This document shows positions 59,819-64,000 of a DNA stretch of 64,000 bases, piece by piece. Position numbers and translations under genes: made by a program. This DNA comes from Promethearchaeota archaeon (GTDB lineage Archaea; Asgardarchaeota; Lokiarchaeia; Sigyniarchaeales; SOKP01): the NCBI GenBank assembly GCA_019058365.1, contig JAHPZE010000001.1, positions 1 to 64,000 of the forward strand, written 5' to 3'. Each line of letters opens with the position of its first letter. The first letter of the stretch is position 1. Below the pieces are notes generated by a model. That model made no database searches and had not been told where the DNA came from. It was given only the letters and a program-made list of their open reading frames with translations.

Positions 59819-60706
59819 TTGTATTTAAAGATATTGGTTACAAAATTGAGCTCTAACGATTATAATGAAAGAATTATGGATTGCCTTAACCAAAATAATT
59901 TTGGAATGACAATAACACAAATTTCAGAAGAGATAAATGGTAATAGAAATACAGTTTCTAAATACCTCAATAGACTAGAATCAAAAGATATTGTGTATAA
60001 AAAGGAGATAGGAAAAGCTTGTTTATATTTCATTAAAGACATTGAGTCAAAAGTATTAAATTTTATAAATGAAAACCCATCAGGGGTTACGATAAAAGAC
60101 ATCTCATATGAATTAAAGCTAACAAGAGACTCGGTGAAAAAACATCTTATAACTCTTGAAAAACAAGATAAAATCTTTAGCACAAAATTAGGAGCATATA
60201 CACTGTTTAAAAGTTCAGAAGCGAAATTTGTGCCAAAAAAATTTATGGTTTCATTCTATAAGGCTCTCCTTAAAGATTTAAAGATAAAATTTCCGAATAA
60301 AGAAAGAATATTTAAAGAAATTGGACGTAATATGTTTGGTGATATAAAATTTCCAATAAGTAAACTAATAATAAAAAAATTGGAGGATTTTAAGACATCT
60401 CCTCTCAAACAATTACATTTTGAAGTATTCAAAGATGTATTTCCCTCTTATTATATTTTTGAACCAATCCAAATTTCAGATCCAAAAATTGACAGCTCAG
60501 GTAAGAAAGGTATTTTTAGATTGAAAAATTCAGAATTTTTAAATAATTCTGATTCTCTCTATCACTTTTATTTAATATCAGGAATGATTGAAACAAAGAT
60601 GTCAAATGATCTAGGGGTACCAATTAAATGCAATATCGAAAAAATTCACATATCAGACAAAATAGAAGATTCTTATTCAGATATTTCAATAGAGTTTAAA
60701 AATTAA
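59819..60706 (+). CDS. Transcription regulator, two tandem wHTH domains plus V4R-like C-terminus
   Basis: GMTITQIS..RNTVSKYL and GVTIKDIS..RDSVKKHL; HFYLISGMIE. Confidence 0.8.
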   Translation: MYLKILVTKLSSNDYNERIMDCLNQNNFGMTITQISEEINGNRNTVSKYLNRLESKDIVYKKEIGKACLYFIKDIESKVLNFINENPSGVTIKDISYELKLTRDSVKKHLITLEKQDKIFSTKLGAYTLFKSSEAKFVPKKFMVSFYKALLKDLKIKFPNKERIFKEIGRNMFGDIKFPISKLIIKKLEDFKTSPLKQLHFEVFKDVFPSYYIFEPIQISDPKIDSSGKKGIFRLKNSEFLNNSDSLYHFYLISGMIETKMSNDLGVPIKCNIEKIHISDKIEDSYSDISIEFKN

Positions 60707-60744
60707 TTTCTTATTTAGATTTTGACGAGTTATAATCTAAAAAT

Positions 60745-60927
60745 AATCTTATTCATAATTTCTTATAAGTTTTCTTCATAAAAAGGAGCTATTCCCTCAT
60801 TAATTATGGCTGCTTTTTTCGTATTGTGCGTCGATGCTAAGACTTTTATATCTTTTTGGGCAAAAAAAGCTGCAGAACAGAGGCCAATAAAGCCCGTCCC
60901 GAGGATTGATACACTATATTTATACAT
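60745..60927 (-). pseudogene. ugd: Diverged 5' remnant of ugd
   Basis: MYKYSVSILGTGFIGLCSAAFFAQKDIKVLASTHN..APFYEENL*; 46/53 aa identical to the N-terminus of 53701..55071. Confidence 0.92.
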
Positions 60928-61089
60928 TTTTATTCTTTTTCTTAGTTTTTAATAATAACAGAAATATTAGATTTAAGTTTAAACCTTTCGATTCTCTTAA
61001 TTCCGTATATTTTGAAAAAATTCAAAGAAAAATTTATTACTATAAGAAAATAGATAAATCTATAAAATTTTAAAAGAGAATTTTAAAAA

Positions 61090-62370
61090 ATGAATGAATT
61101 GAGAAACAAACTTAAAATTACAAATAAGGCGCTAGAAGCAATAAATAAATTTCTTACTGATGATAATAATGTTATAATAAATGAATTATTTAAGGTAATT
61201 GATAAATACGGTGGAGTGAATGAAATAAATAAAAAAGCTAGAGATGCAAGAAATTTTAATAATTTACTAGAAAGACTTAGAACTAAAAAACCAGAATTTG
61301 CAGCAGATATCGAATGGTTAATCGAACAAAGAGATAATAATGCTTTTATAAGTATATCAGATTATAGGAAAAAGATCCTTGGCGACAAATTATCAGAAAT
61401 GGAATTTGATAAAGATTATGCAGTAACCTTGGAACTTTCTGCTTGTCAATATTTTCCTTTCTTTATTGATATAGCTAAAGCTGCGATTAATGATAAAAAT
61501 TTAATGCCAGGAAGAATAATTCGTGTAAGAAAAATGAAAGAACAAGAAGAAGATGGTGATCTATTAGCAATGGCCGCTGCTATGCAAGTCATTGGAGCAA
61601 CCTATGTTGAGACACTTGATACAAAAGGTACTGCTCCTGGTCCTGATGGTATGCCTGTAAATGTCCATTTAGGAGGTCCTGAAACTATTACAGGATATTT
61701 TGGAGGAGTTGGGCAACCAAATGATTTTGCTTTAAAGTGGATTGATGAATATCTTTATTATTATACTAACTATGGGATTAAGCAAGTTCTAAATGTTAAT
61801 CCTGGAACTGTTCTTTTGGGGTATTTCATGCATAAACTAGGAATTGATAACGAATTCAAAATTTCAGTATATATGGGCAATGATAATCCTTATGCGTGTC
61901 TTTGGACTTTATTAACTGCTAAATTGTTTGCTCGTGAAGATGGAACAAGTCCTTTAATTGGGTTTAATCTTGCTAATTCAATTAATAATGAAACTCTTGA
62001 ACTCTCCGCATATATTAGAAAAGATTTTGGATTTGAGGATGTTGTGAGATTCGAACATCATGTAATTGAAACTCAAAAAAGTATAGTAAGGCAACCGTAT
62101 GATAAAAGAGATGAATTAGTGGAAGTTGCTAAGAAAGTGAAAAATATTAGTGCTAAACATGAAGGTGGTGATGTGGAATTAGATAAGAATAGAGAGCATC
62201 CTTCAGATATATTGGATTATTTCAGAGATAAGCAGGAAATAATAGATTCAGGTCATTGGGAATTTATGCGAAGAAATCATCTTGATAGATATATTGCAAT
62301 AAATACCACCGCCAGGATACTGACTGAAAATGGTATTGATATTATTGCAGCTCAAAATTTACATAAATAA
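61090..62370 (+). CDS. Hypothetical protein, probably an enzyme; cotranscribed with dapA-fae
   Basis: Long ORF with Gly/His motifs (NVHLGGPETITGYFGG, AKHEGG); 28-bp gap to next gene. Confidence 0.75.
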   Translation: MNELRNKLKITNKALEAINKFLTDDNNVIINELFKVIDKYGGVNEINKKARDARNFNNLLERLRTKKPEFAADIEWLIEQRDNNAFISISDYRKKILGDKLSEMEFDKDYAVTLELSACQYFPFFIDIAKAAINDKNLMPGRIIRVRKMKEQEEDGDLLAMAAAMQVIGATYVETLDTKGTAPGPDGMPVNVHLGGPETITGYFGGVGQPNDFALKWIDEYLYYYTNYGIKQVLNVNPGTVLLGYFMHKLGIDNEFKISVYMGNDNPYACLWTLLTAKLFAREDGTSPLIGFNLANSINNETLELSAYIRKDFGFEDVVRFEHHVIETQKSIVRQPYDKRDELVEVAKKVKNISAKHEGGDVELDKNREHPSDILDYFRDKQEIIDSGHWEFMRRNHLDRYIAINTTARILTENGIDIIAAQNLHK

Positions 62371-62398
62371 GAATTAATAAGGATGAGTGTAAGAAAAA

Positions 62399-63886
62399 AT
62401 GGGTAAATTCGATTTTCGGCCTTCTGGAGTTATGCCCGCAATGGTAACTCCATTTAATAAGGATGAATCAATAAATGAAGAGAACTTAAGAAATTTAGTG
62501 AATCATCTTATAGATCAAGGAGTAACTGGATTAGTTCCAGTAGGAACCACTGGAGAATTTGTTAACATGACCTTCGATGAACGATTAAAGGTGATTGAAA
62601 TTGTTGTTGATGAAGTAAATGGTAGGGTTCCTGTAATAGCAGGGACAGGAGAAACAGGAACTAAATTGGTAATTGATGCTACAAATAGTGCAACTGACAT
62701 CGGTGCTGATGCTGTATTAATAGTTACACCATATTTTTTAAAACCAAAAGCGAAAGGATTATATGATCATTATTTTACAATTGCAGAAAAAACAGATATT
62801 CCTATAGTACTGTATAATATACCTGTTTGTACAGGAGTAGAATTACCTTGGACGGTGGTGGAGGATCTCGTGGATATTGAAAATATTGTCGGAATTAAAG
62901 ATTCGAGTGGAGATTATAAATATTTTTCAGCATTACTAGAAAAGGTAAGTGATAAAATTTCAGTTCTTATCGGATGGGATGAAAATGTGTTGGGAGCTTT
63001 AGCTGGGGGTGCTGCTGGATGTATTCTAGGTTCAGCAAATGTTTTTCCTAAAATTTGGCTTGAAATATATGAACATGTGAAGAATAATCGATTACAAGAA
63101 GCTCAAGCACTTCAGAAAAAAATTCAAAAGTTAGCTAGACTTTTGATAAATTCTGGAGCTTTAGGTGCAAAATCTTGTCTAAATATGATGAAAATACCAG
63201 TAGGTAAAACCCGTCAACCCATTATTGTAGGTGATACACTTTCATATGAAATAAAGGATGAATTACGAGTCGAGCTTGAAAAGTTGGGACTAATTGAAAA
63301 AACAGAAATACAGTTTCAATTGGGAGATAAGCCACTCACAAGTCGTTTTTATGCAATTGGAATAACACCTCAGAAAATTACTGATTTTGAATTGAAAGTC
63401 GGAGAATCTCTTGTAGGTGACCGAGCAGAACTTGCCCATATTGATCTTCTAATCGGTAAAAAGAACGGACCTGTTGGAAATGCTTATGCTCAAGCTTTAA
63501 CTAATCCAGAAGAGGGACGTGAAGGGCTTCAAGTTATACTTGAGCCTAATATGCAAGTAAAGCCAGCCACAATAATGATCCCTACTATCAAACCAATATC
63601 TCTTCGCCATGCTAGTTTAACTTATGGCCCCGCTCAAGCCGCTATCGCCAAGGCAGTGATGCAATCCGTTGAAGATGGAATCCTTCCGAAAAAATTAGCA
63701 GAAGATATCGTACTAATTGTAAATGTTTTTGTTCATCCTAGTGCTAGTGCAAGAAAAAGAATATTTATCAATAATTATAAAGCAACACGTAATTCAATAA
63801 GAAAAGCAATGGAAGGATTACCAACAGTAGATGATGCTATTGAGAATGTTGAAAGCGCACGGCATCCCTTTCGGAACGATCCTTAA
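62399..63886 (+). CDS. DapA/NAL-family aldolase fused to formaldehyde-activating enzyme (Fae)
   Basis: N-terminal GTTGE, TPYF, LYNIP, GIKDSSG; C-terminal VGESLVG..AHIDLLIG, GPAQAAIAKAV, VFVHP, NNYKAT, HPF. Confidence 0.9.
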   Translation: MGKFDFRPSGVMPAMVTPFNKDESINEENLRNLVNHLIDQGVTGLVPVGTTGEFVNMTFDERLKVIEIVVDEVNGRVPVIAGTGETGTKLVIDATNSATDIGADAVLIVTPYFLKPKAKGLYDHYFTIAEKTDIPIVLYNIPVCTGVELPWTVVEDLVDIENIVGIKDSSGDYKYFSALLEKVSDKISVLIGWDENVLGALAGGAAGCILGSANVFPKIWLEIYEHVKNNRLQEAQALQKKIQKLARLLINSGALGAKSCLNMMKIPVGKTRQPIIVGDTLSYEIKDELRVELEKLGLIEKTEIQFQLGDKPLTSRFYAIGITPQKITDFELKVGESLVGDRAELAHIDLLIGKKNGPVGNAYAQALTNPEEGREGLQVILEPNMQVKPATIMIPTIKPISLRHASLTYGPAQAAIAKAVMQSVEDGILPKKLAEDIVLIVNVFVHPSASARKRIFINNYKATRNSIRKAMEGLPTVDDAIENVESARHPFRNDP

Positions 63887-63921
63887 TAGAAATTAATTAA
63901 TAGACAATAAAAAGAGTATTA

Positions 63922-64000
63922 ATGATAAAATTCCCGAATAAATGTATAAAATGTAAAAAAGAAGATCTTCACTTAAATGATTTTATTTATACAAGAATTT
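63922..64000 (+). CDS. Partial CDS running off the window (CxxC near start)
   Basis: MIKFPNKCIKCKKEDL.. open to the edge. Confidence 0.45.
   Translation, partial: MIKFPNKCIKCKKEDLHLNDFIYTRI

Noticed and set aside
1602-62700. Numerous short antisense or alternate-frame ORFs in the track (e.g. 2524..2814, 9374..9790, 32605..32961, 45564..45914, 53798..54133)
   Set aside because: They overlap well-supported genes and have no motifs; shadow ORFs

Overview
Strongly AT-rich archaeal chromosomal window. Gene content points to an Asgard archaeon, most likely Lokiarchaeia (inference from H4MPT/Fwd C1 genes, HdrB, SCP2, an SDS22-like LRR protein, heliorhodopsin, vWA-zinc-finger proteins and a UGA-recoded peroxiredoxin-like gene). 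No rRNA, tRNA, CRISPR array, integrase or transposase was recognised. Housekeeping genes: gdhA, two AlaX, class II RNR, e-MtaB, hdrB, fdhD, fwdGFDBC without fwdA, korAB, a Mn/Zn ABC transporter with DtxR, a CheB-CheR-histidine kinase, and ugd. Main unexplained signals: (1) six membrane-bound left-handed beta-helix (LbH) acyltransferase-like genes of three domain types, always in A-B-C order (fused AB+C, and split A+B+C), resembling a split epsilon-poly-lysine-synthetase C-terminus and bracketing a stand-alone GH3/ANL adenylating enzyme and an amidase; (2) a UxxC selenoprotein missed by the ORF track; (3) a DapA-family aldolase fused to formaldehyde-activating enzyme; (4) cargo blocks repeatedly bracketed by an intact gene and a diverged dead fragment of the same gene (vWA-ZnF, korB, ugd), plus a toxin-antitoxin pair inside 38-bp direct repeats; (5) eukaryote-like architectures (Ssl1/p44-like vWA+RING/PHD, LITAF-like, TM-TIR). 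All family assignments are by motif recognition without database searches.
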